Positions 44,429 through 54,738 of a DNA stretch of 64,000 nt are shown here, piece after piece (position 1 is the first letter of the stretch; every line of letters begins with the position of its first letter). The translations under genes and the position numbers were made by a program. Source of the stretch: Treponemataceae bacterium (GTDB lineage: Bacteria > Spirochaetota > Spirochaetia > Treponematales > Rectinemataceae); assembly GCA_963678065.2 (NCBI GenBank), contig CAXXVZ010000005.1, positions 1,152,001 through 1,216,000 of the forward strand, in the 5' to 3' direction. The notes beneath the pieces are model-generated. The model searched no databases. It worked only from the letters and a program-made list of their open reading frames with translations, and was not told the DNA's origin.

Positions 44429-45349
44429 GTGAAGACCTGTTTCCTGTTCCCCGGCCAAGGCGCGCAGTACCCCGGCATGGGCAGCGACTTTTACGAGACG
44501 AGCGCGGCGGTCCGCGACTTGTTCGAACTTGCATCCGATTCCGCATCCATGAACCTCAAGAAACTCATCTTCGAAGGCAGTGAAGAGGAACTCAAACAGA
44601 CCCGCAACACGCAGATAGCGGTGGCTCTGATCGGCTCCTCGGCCGCCATCTGCGCGCGCGAACACGGAATTCTGCTCTCCGGGGCCGCGGGATTCTCCGT
44701 CGGGGAATGGCCGGCCCTCGCCGAAGCGGGCGTCGTGAGCCACGCCGATATGTTCAGACTGGTCAGCCATCGCGGGAGGCTCATGGATGAAGCGGGCGCG
44801 GCATCCGGAGGCTCCACAATGAGCGCCGTGCTCTTCCTCGCGCCTGAAAAAATCGAGAGTGTCATCGCGGAAGCCGGCCTGCGCAGCGTATGGGTGGCCA
44901 ATTTCAACAGCCCCAACCAGTGTGTCATCTCCGGGACCGAGGTTGACATCGCGGCGGCGGAAGAGAAGCTCAAGGCGGCCGGCGCCAAGCGGGTCGTGCG
45001 GCTTAAAGTTTCGGGCGCCTTCCACTCCCCCATCATGGCTCCGGCCCGCGACGCGTTCGTCGAATTCGTCTCCGCGACGGTTTTCTCCGATCCGGTCATT
45101 CCCGTCTACTCCAATGTCACGGGCGGGCTCATCCCGAGCGGCGCCGAGGCAAAAAGACTCGCCGTACTCCAGATCGTGAGCCCGGTCCGCTGGATTGCCG
45201 AAGAGATGAGCATCATGCAGTCGGGTTTCGAGCGGGTGATCGAGACCGGCCCCGGCACCGTTCTCTCCGGACTCTGGAAGGCAGTGTCGCCGGACAAAGC
45301 CTGCCTGCCCTGCGGGACGCTCGACCAGATCGCTGCCATATCGCTCTGA
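44429..45349 (+). CDS. fabD: Malonyl-CoA:ACP transacylase
   Basis: FPGQGAQ; AGFSVGE; RGRLM; ANFNSP; VSGAFHS; GTG start after GAGGAGG. Confidence 0.92.
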   Translation: MKTCFLFPGQGAQYPGMGSDFYETSAAVRDLFELASDSASMNLKKLIFEGSEEELKQTRNTQIAVALIGSSAAICAREHGILLSGAAGFSVGEWPALAEAGVVSHADMFRLVSHRGRLMDEAGAASGGSTMSAVLFLAPEKIESVIAEAGLRSVWVANFNSPNQCVISGTEVDIAAAEEKLKAAGAKRVVRLKVSGAFHSPIMAPARDAFVEFVSATVFSDPVIPVYSNVTGGLIPSGAEAKRLAVLQIVSPVRWIAEEMSIMQSGFERVIETGPGTVLSGLWKAVSPDKACLPCGTLDQIAAISL

Positions 45350-45372
45350 TATCCGCTACCGGAGGAAACAGC

Positions 45373-46110
45373 ATGGAAGCACTGCTTAAAGACAAGATTT
45401 GCGTCGTGACCGGCGGCTCGAAAGGCATCGGCCTCGCCATCGTCAGGCTTTTCGCCGCCGAAGGCGCGCGCGTCTTTTATTTTTCCCGCACGCAGGCGGA
45501 AGGCGCAGGTTCCACGCCTGAGGGGCAGCACGCGCCAGTCTGGATCGGCTGCGATGTCGCCGACGAAGCCCAGGTCGAGGCGGCCATGGACAAAGTCGTC
45601 AAGACGGCCGGCGCCCCCGACTGCCTCGTGAACAACGCCGGCGTGACTCGGGACGGCCTCGTCTTCCGCATGAGCCTCGCGGACTGGGACACAGTCATCC
45701 GCACGAACCTCACGAGCGCCTTCCTGACATCCCGGGTCGCGGCGCGCCACATGATCAAGCGCCGTTCGGGTTGTATCGTCAATCTTTCCAGCGTCGTCGG
45801 CATCATGGGCAATGGCGGCCAGACCAACTACGCCGCGTCCAAGGCGGGAATCATCGGCTTCACGAAGAGCCTCGCGAAGGAAGTCGCCTCGCGCGGGGTG
45901 CGCGTGAACGCCGTCGCCCCCGGCTACATCGACACCTCCATGACGGACAAGATCCCCGAAGAGATGAAGGACAGGCTCCGTCAGGCCATCCCTCTCGGCA
46001 GGACGGGCGCCGCCGACGAGGTCGCGAAGGCAGTTCTCTTTCTGTGCTCGGATATGGCATCATACGTGACGGGCGAAGTGCTCAAAGTCGACGGCGGAAT
46101 GGGGATGTAA
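45373..46110 (+). CDS. fabG: 3-oxoacyl-ACP reductase
   Basis: TGGSKGIG; NNAGVTRD; YAASKAG; VAPGYI. Confidence 0.93.
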   Translation: MEALLKDKICVVTGGSKGIGLAIVRLFAAEGARVFYFSRTQAEGAGSTPEGQHAPVWIGCDVADEAQVEAAMDKVVKTAGAPDCLVNNAGVTRDGLVFRMSLADWDTVIRTNLTSAFLTSRVAARHMIKRRSGCIVNLSSVVGIMGNGGQTNYAASKAGIIGFTKSLAKEVASRGVRVNAVAPGYIDTSMTDKIPEEMKDRLRQAIPLGRTGAADEVAKAVLFLCSDMASYVTGEVLKVDGGMGM

Positions 46111-46111
46111 C

Positions 46112-47359
46112 ATGAGTGCACGGCGAGTAGTGGTAACCGGTCTCGGCGTTGTCAGCCCGATCGGGAATGATGTTCCGACTTTCTGGGAATCTGTCAAAGC
46201 GGGAAAGAGCGGCATCGGACCGATCACGATGGTCGACGCGAGCGACCTCGCGACGAAAATTGCCGGCGAAGTCAAAAATTTTGATCCTTCTCTCCGGCTG
46301 GACTCGAAAGAAGCGCGGAAAATGGACCGCTTCTCCCAGTTCGCGGTCTACGCGGCTATGGAAGCGGTCGCGGACGCGGGCCTCAAGCCGGGCGACTACG
46401 ATCCCGAAAGGACTGGGGTCTGCCTCGGCACAGGGCAAGGAGGATCGCGCAGCATCGAGGAAGGCATCGAGCGCCTCGTCGAGCGCGGCCCCTCGCGCGT
46501 GCCACCGATGACCATCGTGAAAGTCCTCGCCAACTTCGGCGCGGCCAACATCGCCATCTACACCGGCGCGACCGGCCCCTGCCAGTGCATCGTCACGGCC
46601 TGCGCCGCCGGCACCGACGCCCTCGGCACAGGCATGCGCTGGATCCGCGAAGGCTACACCGACCTCGTCTTCGCCGGCGGCTCGGAGGCAAGCATCATCC
46701 GCATCTGCATCTCCAGCTTCGGCATGATTCAGGCCCTCTCCACCCGGAACGACGAGCCCGAACGCGCATCGCGCCCCTTCGACAAAGACAGGGACGGCTT
46801 CGTCATGGCCGAGGGCGCGGGCGTCCTTGTCCTCGAGGACTACGAGCACGCAAAGGCGCGCGGCGCGAAGATCTACTGCGAGCTGGCGGGATTCGGGACC
46901 ACCTGCGACGCTCACCACCTCACCGCGCCCGATCCCGAAGGCCGCGGCGTGGCCCGCGCCATGCAACAGGCTATCGCGGATGCGGGACTCGTGCCGGAGG
47001 ACATCGATTACGTCAGCGCGCACGGAACCTCGACCCCGATGAACGATCCCATCGAGACCAAGGCCATCAAGCACGCCTTCGGCGAGCACGCGTACAGGCT
47101 CAAGATCTCTTCCCTCAAGTCGATGACGGGACACTGTATCGGCGCGGCGGGCGCCATCGAGGCCGTCGCTACGGTCAAGGCCATCCAGGAGGGCTTCGTG
47201 CCCGCCACCATCAACCTGGAGAATCCCGATCCCCAGTGCGACCTGGATTACGTTCCGAATACCGGCATCAGCATGCCGATCCGCGCCGCGGTCAAGAATT
47301 CCATCGGATTCGGCGGACAGAACGCCGTCGTCGTTTTCAGGAAATTTCCGCGGGACTGA
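46112..47359 (+). CDS. fabF: 3-oxoacyl-ACP synthase II
   Basis: RRVVVTGLG; TACAAG; SRPFD..RDGFV; HGTST; KSMTGH; GFGG.N. Confidence 0.93.
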   Translation: MSARRVVVTGLGVVSPIGNDVPTFWESVKAGKSGIGPITMVDASDLATKIAGEVKNFDPSLRLDSKEARKMDRFSQFAVYAAMEAVADAGLKPGDYDPERTGVCLGTGQGGSRSIEEGIERLVERGPSRVPPMTIVKVLANFGAANIAIYTGATGPCQCIVTACAAGTDALGTGMRWIREGYTDLVFAGGSEASIIRICISSFGMIQALSTRNDEPERASRPFDKDRDGFVMAEGAGVLVLEDYEHAKARGAKIYCELAGFGTTCDAHHLTAPDPEGRGVARAMQQAIADAGLVPEDIDYVSAHGTSTPMNDPIETKAIKHAFGEHAYRLKISSLKSMTGHCIGAAGAIEAVATVKAIQEGFVPATINLENPDPQCDLDYVPNTGISMPIRAAVKNSIGFGGQNAVVVFRKFPRD

Positions 47360-47407
47360 ACGCGCCGGGATATGGCGGGAAATGTCATTTGAAGGCATAG
47401 TGCTTCC

Positions 47408-49543
47408 ATGTACGAAGTTAAACCGGGTAACCCATTCCCCCTCGGTGCCTACACCGGCCCCGAGGGAGTGAATTTTTCGATTTTTTCGCGCCACGCGACG
47501 GCGATAACTCTTTGCCTCTACGACGAATCCCATGATTCCGAACCGACCTTCAGCTACACCCTCGATCCGAGGCTCAACAAGACGGGCGACATCTGGCATT
47601 GCCGGGTCCGCGGCGCCGGTGCCGGCACACTCTATCTCTGGCGGGCGGACGGCCCCTACGATCCTCTGGCGGGGCACCGATTCAATCACAACAAGGCCCT
47701 CGTCGACCCCTACGCGCGGGCTCTGACCGACGATTTTCCCATGAACCACATAGCTGCCTACGCGTACGATCCCGATTCCGAGATGCTCGATCTCTCTTTC
47801 TCGGCAACGAGGAACGACGGCACCATGCCCAAGGCCATCGTCGTGGCGGACGAGTTCGACTGGCAGGGCGACCGGCCTCTGAATTACCCTCTGCGCAACT
47901 GTATACTGTATGAAACTCACGTGAAGGGCCTCAGCATGCACCCGAACGCCGGCGTGGCCAATCCGGGCACCTACCGCGGCGTCGTCGAGATGATCCCCTA
48001 TTTCAGGAAGCTCGGCATCACGAGCCTCGAGTTTCTTCCGGTGCAGGAATTCGACGAGTTCGAAAATTTCAGGCACAACCCGACATCGGGCGAACGGCTG
48101 CGGAACTACTGGGGATACTCGACGATCTCTTTTTTCGCTCCCAAGTGCTCCTACTCCTCCGACCGCAGTCAGGGCGGCCAGGTGGGTGAGTTCAAGTACA
48201 TGGTGCGCGAACTGCACAAGGCTGGCCTCGAAGTCATCCTCGACATCGTCTTCAACCACACCGCCGAGGGCAACGAGCTCGGACCCACCATCAATTTCCG
48301 CGGCCTCGACAATGTCATGTACTACATGCTGGACGAGGAGAAGCGCTACTACAAGAATTATTCGGGCTGCGGCAACACCCTCAACTGCAACCATCCCGTC
48401 CTGCGCTCCCTCATCATGGACTGCCTCCACTACTGGGTCTGCGACATGCACGTGGACGGTTTCCGCTTCGATCTCGGTTCGATCCTGGGCCGCGATTCCA
48501 CCGGAAAGCTGCTCGAAAATCCGCCCGTCGTCGAGCGTATCGCGGAAGATCCCCTCCTTCGGGACACCAAGATCATCGCCGAAGCCTGGGACGCGGGCGG
48601 GGCCTACCAGGTCGGGTGGTTCCCCGGGAACCGCTGGGCGGAGTGGAACGACCGCTTCCGGGACGATGTCAGAAAATTCTGGCGCGGCGATCCGAAGAGC
48701 GTCACGCAGCTTGCCACGCGCCTCACCGGGTCGAGCGACCTCTATCTGCGCAACGATCGCAAGCCATTCCACTCCATCAACTTTGTCACCGCCCACGACG
48801 GATTCACGCTCAATGACCTGGTTTCCTATTCGCGCAAGCACAACGAGGCCAATGGCGAGAACAACCACGACGGCAGCGATTCCAACCTCAGCGCCAACTA
48901 CGGCATCGAAGGGCCGGCGGCCAGTCCGGAAATCGAGAGACTGCGCAACCGGCAGGTCAAAAATTTCCTGGCGACCATCCTCCTCTCCGCGGGGACGCCC
49001 ATGATCCTCGGCGGCGACGAACTCAGGCGGACTCAGAAGGGAAACAACAACGCGTATTGCCAGAACAACGAGATCAGCTGGTACGACTGGAGCTTTCTGC
49101 AGAAGCACGCGGACGTCCACCGCTTCTGCTCGGCCCTCATCGCTTTCCGGAAGAGTCACCACGCATTGCGCAGGCCGGATTTCTTCAAAGGCACGGACGG
49201 CGACGACAACGCCATCCCCGACATAACCTGGTACGATGAAAGAGGGCTTCCGCCCGACTGGTCTTCCGTCGACCTGCGGATAGCGGCGCTCATCGACGGT
49301 TCCCGGAATGACTGCTGCGGCGAGGTCGACGACAACCATTTCTATCTCGCCTTCAACGCCTCGGCCGAAGGCTGTACTTTTGCCATCCCCAGGCTCCCCG
49401 ATGGGAAAACCTGGCGCAGGGCCATCGATACCTCGCTCGAGGCGCCGGAGGACTGCGTCGAGCCGGGACGCGAAGCAACTCTCGAACCCTTCGACGCCTA
49501 CCGGGTGGAAGGGAAATCGCTGGTTGTGCTCCTCTCCGGCTGA
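47408..49543 (+). CDS. glgX: Glycogen debranching enzyme (isoamylase)
   Basis: YETHVKG; NYWGY; DIVFNHTAEG; DGFRFDL; IAEAWD; TAHDGFTL; GNNNAYCQ. Confidence 0.95.
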   Translation: MYEVKPGNPFPLGAYTGPEGVNFSIFSRHATAITLCLYDESHDSEPTFSYTLDPRLNKTGDIWHCRVRGAGAGTLYLWRADGPYDPLAGHRFNHNKALVDPYARALTDDFPMNHIAAYAYDPDSEMLDLSFSATRNDGTMPKAIVVADEFDWQGDRPLNYPLRNCILYETHVKGLSMHPNAGVANPGTYRGVVEMIPYFRKLGITSLEFLPVQEFDEFENFRHNPTSGERLRNYWGYSTISFFAPKCSYSSDRSQGGQVGEFKYMVRELHKAGLEVILDIVFNHTAEGNELGPTINFRGLDNVMYYMLDEEKRYYKNYSGCGNTLNCNHPVLRSLIMDCLHYWVCDMHVDGFRFDLGSILGRDSTGKLLENPPVVERIAEDPLLRDTKIIAEAWDAGGAYQVGWFPGNRWAEWNDRFRDDVRKFWRGDPKSVTQLATRLTGSSDLYLRNDRKPFHSINFVTAHDGFTLNDLVSYSRKHNEANGENNHDGSDSNLSANYGIEGPAASPEIERLRNRQVKNFLATILLSAGTPMILGGDELRRTQKGNNNAYCQNNEISWYDWSFLQKHADVHRFCSALIAFRKSHHALRRPDFFKGTDGDDNAIPDITWYDERGLPPDWSSVDLRIAALIDGSRNDCCGEVDDNHFYLAFNASAEGCTFAIPRLPDGKTWRRAIDTSLEAPEDCVEPGREATLEPFDAYRVEGKSLVVLLSG

Positions 49544-49597
49544 GGCGGACATGAGGATTTGCCAGGCCCTTATCCTGCATAGTACATTATTACTGCA

Positions 49598-50281
49598 ATG
49601 AGGAAAGAAACACGCGCGACAAACGACAGCGAATTCCGCAGGGGAAAGCGAGATCTGGCCCGGCACCGTCCTGACCTGGCCATGATGCATTTTCGCGCTG
49701 TCGTCGAATCCACACCCGTGGAAGACACCAGGGCCTTCGTCGAAGCGATGTACTGGCTTGCCGTTTCCTTTTTCAGGCTCGACAAGCCCGAGCTCGCGAT
49801 AAAGACCCTCGCCTCGGCCCAACGGATACGCCGGAGAGGAGTCGTGCGGGATGCCTACCTCGCCTGGGTGAACGGGTACGGCATGATCCGGCGCGGAAAG
49901 TCTGAGCTGGACGATTTCTATGCCTATTCCTCGCTGCAGATCGGCTCATACCTCGGCAAAAAACGGATGAAGCGCTTCGATTCCATGGAAGAGAAGGACA
50001 TCGTCATGAGGATCGTGACGGACGCATGGAAGAGGCTCTGCGCTTCCGGAATGCTCGAGGGGAAGTCCTGCAGCGAAAAACTGGGGCTTTTCAAGTCCCG
50101 CAAACCGATCTTCCCATCCTTCCGGCAGGGAGCCAGGGGTTCCGGTGCGCGGATGCTGGCCGGGGAATTCGGCACCGCAGCCTGCCTGGAGAACGAAGCC
50201 CGCTGCGTCTGCGGTTCGGGTCTGCCATACTGCATGTGTTGCGGGCGCATTCCCGGCCTGAGGGAGTTGTCCGGTGGGTGA
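49598..50281 (+). CDS. Hypothetical protein, TPR-like N-terminus and SEC-C-like Cys motif
   Basis: 227 aa; C-terminal CVCGSGLPYCMCCG. Confidence 0.65.
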   Translation: MRKETRATNDSEFRRGKRDLARHRPDLAMMHFRAVVESTPVEDTRAFVEAMYWLAVSFFRLDKPELAIKTLASAQRIRRRGVVRDAYLAWVNGYGMIRRGKSELDDFYAYSSLQIGSYLGKKRMKRFDSMEEKDIVMRIVTDAWKRLCASGMLEGKSCSEKLGLFKSRKPIFPSFRQGARGSGARMLAGEFGTAACLENEARCVCGSGLPYCMCCGRIPGLRELSGG

Positions 50282-50513
50282 AAAAGACACACAAATTCGC
50301 TCCCAGTTTTGTACTGTGTCGTTTTTATACAGGATTATTCCCGATTCCCCGCGATGTGGGGCTGGTTGTGGCTTTTCGACGCATTTTTATTATATTTAAG
50401 AATGTATATAGAATAGAAAGCTTGAAAGCCCGCACATGATCGTTATAGATAAATATTTCTATGTCAATACTTTATAAAATTATCTCCAGCGGTGTTCTGT
50501 TTTTTACTGTTCT

Positions 50514-50529
50514 TGGCACGCAACGTGCA
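50514..50529 (+). promoter_or_regulatory. sigma54 (-24/-12) promoter
   Basis: TGGCAC-GCAAC-GTGCA, exact GG-N10-GC spacing, 27 bp upstream of the sigma-factor ATG. Confidence 0.7.
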
Positions 50530-50556
50530 GGATGAATTGCATCCCAGGAGGATGCA

Positions 50557-51429
50557 ATGACGAAGAAAAAAACGTTGAACACCAAGAGCGCCCTTAACGC
50601 AGACGATAATATTCTCTCGATGTACCTCAAGGAAATAAACCGCATTCCCCTCCTCTCCCGCAAAGAGGAAGACACATACGCCCGCGCCGCCGCGGCCGGC
50701 GACAAGCGCGCCAAAGACATGCTCGTGAAATCGAATCTCCGTTTCGTGGTCAATGTCGCCAAGAAATACCAGAATCAGGGCATGCCCCTCGCGGATCTGA
50801 TCTCCGAAGGAAATATCGGCCTCATCAACGCCATCGAGAAATACGATGTCGACAAGGGCTACCATTTCATCTCCTACGCCGTCTGGTGGATACGCCAGGC
50901 CATTCTCAAGGCAATATGCGAGAAGTCGAGAGTCATCCGCCTGCCGCTCAACAGGGCCAATGAGCTTGTCCAGATAGAGAAGGCGCGCAAGATGCTCGAG
51001 GGAGCCTACACCGAAGACGCCGAGATCCGCGAGATCGCCCGTTTCCTCGGCATGGAACCCGAGCACGTCGCCGACCTCGTGGCCGTGAGCCGCGACCTCG
51101 TCTCGCTGGAGACGCCCGTCTTTGACGAGCGCGATTCCTCTGTCGTCGGCGACTTCGTCGAGAACGACAGCTACGAGAGTCCCGAGTCCTTCGTCATCGA
51201 GTCAGGGCTCAAGGAAGATATCAACACCGTCCTCGAGACGCTGACCGCCAAGGAGAGGGAGGTCATCGAATACCGCTTCGGACTCAACGGCCGCAGAGCC
51301 ATGAGCCTGAAGGAAATCGGAGACCGCTTCGACCTCACCAAGGAGCGCATCCGCCAGATCGAGAAGAACGCCCTGCGCAAGCTGAGCGTGCCCGAGACGA
51401 TGGATATCCTCGAGACCTACGTGGCCTGA
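50557..51429 (+). CDS. Alternative sigma70 factor (RpoS/group-2-like, lacks region 1.1)
   Basis: YLKEI..IPLL; NLRFVVNVAKKY; DLISEGNIGL; FISYAVWWIRQ; LTKERIRQIE; AGGAGG RBS. Confidence 0.9.
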   Translation: MTKKKTLNTKSALNADDNILSMYLKEINRIPLLSRKEEDTYARAAAAGDKRAKDMLVKSNLRFVVNVAKKYQNQGMPLADLISEGNIGLINAIEKYDVDKGYHFISYAVWWIRQAILKAICEKSRVIRLPLNRANELVQIEKARKMLEGAYTEDAEIREIARFLGMEPEHVADLVAVSRDLVSLETPVFDERDSSVVGDFVENDSYESPESFVIESGLKEDINTVLETLTAKEREVIEYRFGLNGRRAMSLKEIGDRFDLTKERIRQIEKNALRKLSVPETMDILETYVA

Positions 51430-51479
51430 TCCGCAACGTTCTTTTTGAGTGCAAGCCCGACATCGCGCGGGCCAATAGG

Positions 51480-51516
51480 AAAAGGCTCCGGAACCGGATG
51501 GTTCCGGAGCCTTTTT
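51480..51516. terminator. Bidirectional intrinsic terminator
   Basis: AAAAGGCTCCGGAACC-GGAT-GGTTCCGGAGCCTTTTT between convergent genes. Confidence 0.85.
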
Positions 51517-51614
51517 GCGTTCGGGGCGAATGGCCGGTATCGCGGGATCGCCTTTCAGGCATCGCCTACCGGGCGCCGCCCGATAGGCGATACGCTTCGG
51601 GCGGGAGCCGGGCG

Positions 51615-53045
51615 CTACTCGGCGCCGGTCACCGAGGTGGAGAAGAGCATGACGGCGGCGGGGCAGAGCGAGCGCGTCGAGAGCGCCCGTTCGGAGGAAC
51701 GCAGCATGGCCGCCCGGTTGGCCATGAGGCTGCCGGTGATCGAGCCTCCGGTGACAGGGATTCTCTGTGTTCCGTCAAAGTACCAAGCGAGCCGGACTTC
51801 CGCGCCGAAGGAGCCGCTCTGCGGGTCGAGCTGGAAATCGGAGAAGAGGAGGGGCTCGAGGTAGGGCTTGCGGTGCATGATCTCAAGGCTCTGCGCGCCG
51901 GGGCTCGCGCTGAAGAGTGGCGCGGCGCCGATAGCTTCGAGGCCGAGCCTCGCGGCGTAGCGTGCGGGGCCGTGGAGGGCCACGATGACTCCTTCCCGGA
52001 TGATCGGACTGGACGCGATCGGAAAACCCTCCATGTCGAATCCGGCGGACTGCGGAAGACCCGGTATGTACGCCTCGGCGACTGTGTCGAGAGGTTCCGT
52101 CACCGCGGTCTCCCCCTGGACGGCAGAGCCGATTTTGAAGGGCGAGGCCGCGGTGTAAACCGCGTCGGCTCGGGCGTTGTCGTGGAACCATCCGAGAATG
52201 GCTTCCGCGTTTTCACCGCGCAGGATGACCGGGATGTCTTTGAGCCCCGGCATGGGGAGGGCGCGGGCCCGCTCTGCGACGAGGCCAAGGTAGGTTTCAG
52301 TTTCGGCCGAGAGTCTGGCGAGATCCGGCTCGCCGAAGGCGATGTTGTCGTAGAGCTCGACCTTGCCGGCCGGCCCCTCGGCCTGGACTATGAACTCGCA
52401 CTCCCCCCACCACTGAACGAAGGCGGCGTCACAGCCGCGCGAGTTCACGATTCGCGTCTCCGTCCGGGTCAGGAAGAGTTCGAGGGAGTTGATCTGCGCC
52501 GCGGACCCGGAGCTCGCCTGGGCAGCCTGTCGCGCCGGGAACGCAGGTGCGGCGTGGTCCGGGTGCCGTGCGGAGTCCGGGGCTCCGGCGCAGTCCGGGG
52601 AAAAGAGCGCGCGGGCGAGGTTGTCCATGTGCCCTTCGATGTCGCCCTGTTCGAAGCCCGAGGCCGGGATGGCGCAGCGCGCCTTGGCCGGGCCGGGAAT
52701 GTCGAAGTGCGGCGTGCGCGACTTGGATGCGGCGAAGGCGGTCCTGGCGAGGAGCTGCCGGATTTCTTCCGGGGCTTGCGTCGGATGCACCGTGACAGTG
52801 GCCTCGCCGCGGTACAGGGTGCCCTCGCATGCGGAATCCATGTAGACCGTCACCTTGTACTCCGCAAGGTCGAGGGCGCGTTTCTGGTCCAGAGCCTTCC
52901 TGATGTAAAAACGCTGCCTGCCGGTTTTCTTCGTCGCGACAATCCGCCAGTCGGATATGGCGCCCGTGAGCGTCCCGCCGGAGCCGGAATTGCCGGAGTC
53001 GGCATGGAGGTCCTTCAGTTCCGCGATTATAGTATCGATCATCAT
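51615..53045 (-). CDS. PmbA/TldE-like protein
   Basis: Overlaps the tldD stop; FDMEG; FSDFQLD..SGSFG; PVTGGSITG. Confidence 0.75.
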   Translation of the reverse strand: MMIDTIIAELKDLHADSGNSGSGGTLTGAISDWRIVATKKTGRQRFYIRKALDQKRALDLAEYKVTVYMDSACEGTLYRGEATVTVHPTQAPEEIRQLLARTAFAASKSRTPHFDIPGPAKARCAIPASGFEQGDIEGHMDNLARALFSPDCAGAPDSARHPDHAAPAFPARQAAQASSGSAAQINSLELFLTRTETRIVNSRGCDAAFVQWWGECEFIVQAEGPAGKVELYDNIAFGEPDLARLSAETETYLGLVAERARALPMPGLKDIPVILRGENAEAILGWFHDNARADAVYTAASPFKIGSAVQGETAVTEPLDTVAEAYIPGLPQSAGFDMEGFPIASSPIIREGVIVALHGPARYAARLGLEAIGAAPLFSASPGAQSLEIMHRKPYLEPLLFSDFQLDPQSGSFGAEVRLAWYFDGTQRIPVTGGSITGSLMANRAAMLRSSERALSTRSLCPAAVMLFSTSVTGAE

Positions 53046-54490
53046 CCCAACCTCATTTTCGTTCTGACATAGGGCCCGCCCGAAGAAACCTTGACATATT
53101 CCTTGTACCCTTTCCCGCAGGCTCCCGATCCGGAAAGCGCGAAATCGGGGGAGACCATGTCGATGGCACAGAGCACGTCAGGAACATAACCAGAGCAGAC
53201 GACCGGGCTCGCGACGCGGCCCGTAAAGGTCCCGTCCCTTATTTCCCTTCCGACAAGGCAGACGAGCTGGACGCCCCAGTTTTTCGGATCTTCCATGCCT
53301 GCGGTGAGGTGGTCGAGGAGCCAACCATTTTTTGTCGAAGCGATCATCGCGTCGAGAGGAGTCGTGCCGGGCGTGAAATACGTGTTGGTCATGCGCGCGT
53401 AGGCCTTGTGGTCGAAGGCCTGGCGGCGGCCGTTGCCGGTCAGAGGTATGCCGAGGGCGGAGGCCGAGAGCGCGTCGGAGAGGCCGCTCACGAGGATGCC
53501 GTCGTCGATGACGAGAGTCCTGCCGCCGAAAGTGCCCTCGTCGTCGAAGAGGAAGGAGCCAGTCTGGTCGACTTCTTCGGCGCCGTCGTACATCCGGACC
53601 AGGTCCGAACCCACGCGCGCGCCGATGTATTCGGCGGCCTTGGCCCTCCCTTTGTGAAACATGTCCGTCTCGACGCCGTGCCCGAAGGCCTCGTGCGCGA
53701 GGGTTCCCGACATGTCGGGGCTCAGAATCACCTCGTACTCGCCGGGTTCGATGGGGACTGCGTCGAGGAGGGCCGCGAGGTCCGAGGCGAGACTCTCTGT
53801 CTCGCCTTCGAGGTCGGCGAGTATTTCGAGCCCTTTCCGGCCGGAGACAGCCTTGTAAAGGCGTTTGGAGTTGACGCCGCGGCGCGCCAGACCGAAGAGG
53901 TAGGCCTGGGACCATATGAAGCTCTGCATGAGGTGCCTGTTCGGCGAGACGAAGAGGCGGTTGACGTCGACGAACTCGAGGCGGGAATGGGCCATCGCTA
54001 TTTCCGGCCGTGAGGCCAGGTTTTTCCTCAGGACTTCGAGGCGGCCGAGAATGGTTTCGGGGTCGGCCTCGAAAGGATCCTCAACGGCTTCTCCCGCGTA
54101 TTCCGCCCGCGCAGGGAGGTCCGGCAGGACGGGGTAGGTCGAAAAGGGCCAAGGCTCTTCCCCCGGACGCGCGGCGACGGGTTCGGCCAGAAGGGATTCG
54201 AGCCGGGACAGGACAAGGGCGGCGACTTCGTCGTTGCGGGCGGAAAGCTCGTTGCAGGCGTATTCGGCGACGCGGCCACCTTTCTGGGCGCGGAAGACGA
54301 AGCCCCGCTGGACCCACATGGGCTCGCTGACCTTGGTTTCGCCCGGAGTGGCGGCGAAATTGATGCCGCGGTCGTCGGTTCCGAGCACGGAAAGGTAGTC
54401 GAAAGAACCATCCGCGGCCACGCGGTTTACGATCTCCGGGAGACGCTCTCCCGAAGCGAGCAGGAACGAGCTTGGAATGCGTTTTTTCAT
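53042..54490 (-). CDS. TldD-family metalloprotease
   Basis: LAHEAFGHGVE; FDDEG; TGNGRR; RMTNTY; GACGK. Confidence 0.88.
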   Translation of the reverse strand: MKKRIPSSFLLASGERLPEIVNRVAADGSFDYLSVLGTDDRGINFAATPGETKVSEPMWVQRGFVFRAQKGGRVAEYACNELSARNDEVAALVLSRLESLLAEPVAARPGEEPWPFSTYPVLPDLPARAEYAGEAVEDPFEADPETILGRLEVLRKNLASRPEIAMAHSRLEFVDVNRLFVSPNRHLMQSFIWSQAYLFGLARRGVNSKRLYKAVSGRKGLEILADLEGETESLASDLAALLDAVPIEPGEYEVILSPDMSGTLAHEAFGHGVETDMFHKGRAKAAEYIGARVGSDLVRMYDGAEEVDQTGSFLFDDEGTFGGRTLVIDDGILVSGLSDALSASALGIPLTGNGRRQAFDHKAYARMTNTYFTPGTTPLDAMIASTKNGWLLDHLTAGMEDPKNWGVQLVCLVGREIRDGTFTGRVASPVVCSGYVPDVLCAIDMVSPDFALSGSGACGKGYKEYVKVSSGGPYVRTKMRLG

Positions 54491-54738
54491 GAATCTTCCT
54501 CGTGAGCGATGCTGAAGTGTAGGTCGGTTTGCGGGCTTTCGCAAGCGGAGCCGCGATCACGGGAGGCGATGTCGTGGCCAGATCGGGGGCATCGGCTCTA
54601 TACGGTCCACTCTGCGCGATGACCCATTCCGCGAGAGGTCGACAGTCTTCTATTTGAAAAGCTTTATATTGCGTCTTGTCTGTATGAAGAAAGTGGTTTA
54701 TAACACAATATTGATACTAATCCCACAAGGAGGACTCT

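Noticed and set aside
46082..49822. 1246-aa minus-strand ORF, and similar long ORFs at 39060-41723, 37009-39120, 31716-33365, 60259-61875 and 63049-63957
   Set aside because: Shadow frames opposite clearly recognisable genes (fabF/glgX, glpK, metK, tex, the sugar transferase); expected with high GC3; no motifs.
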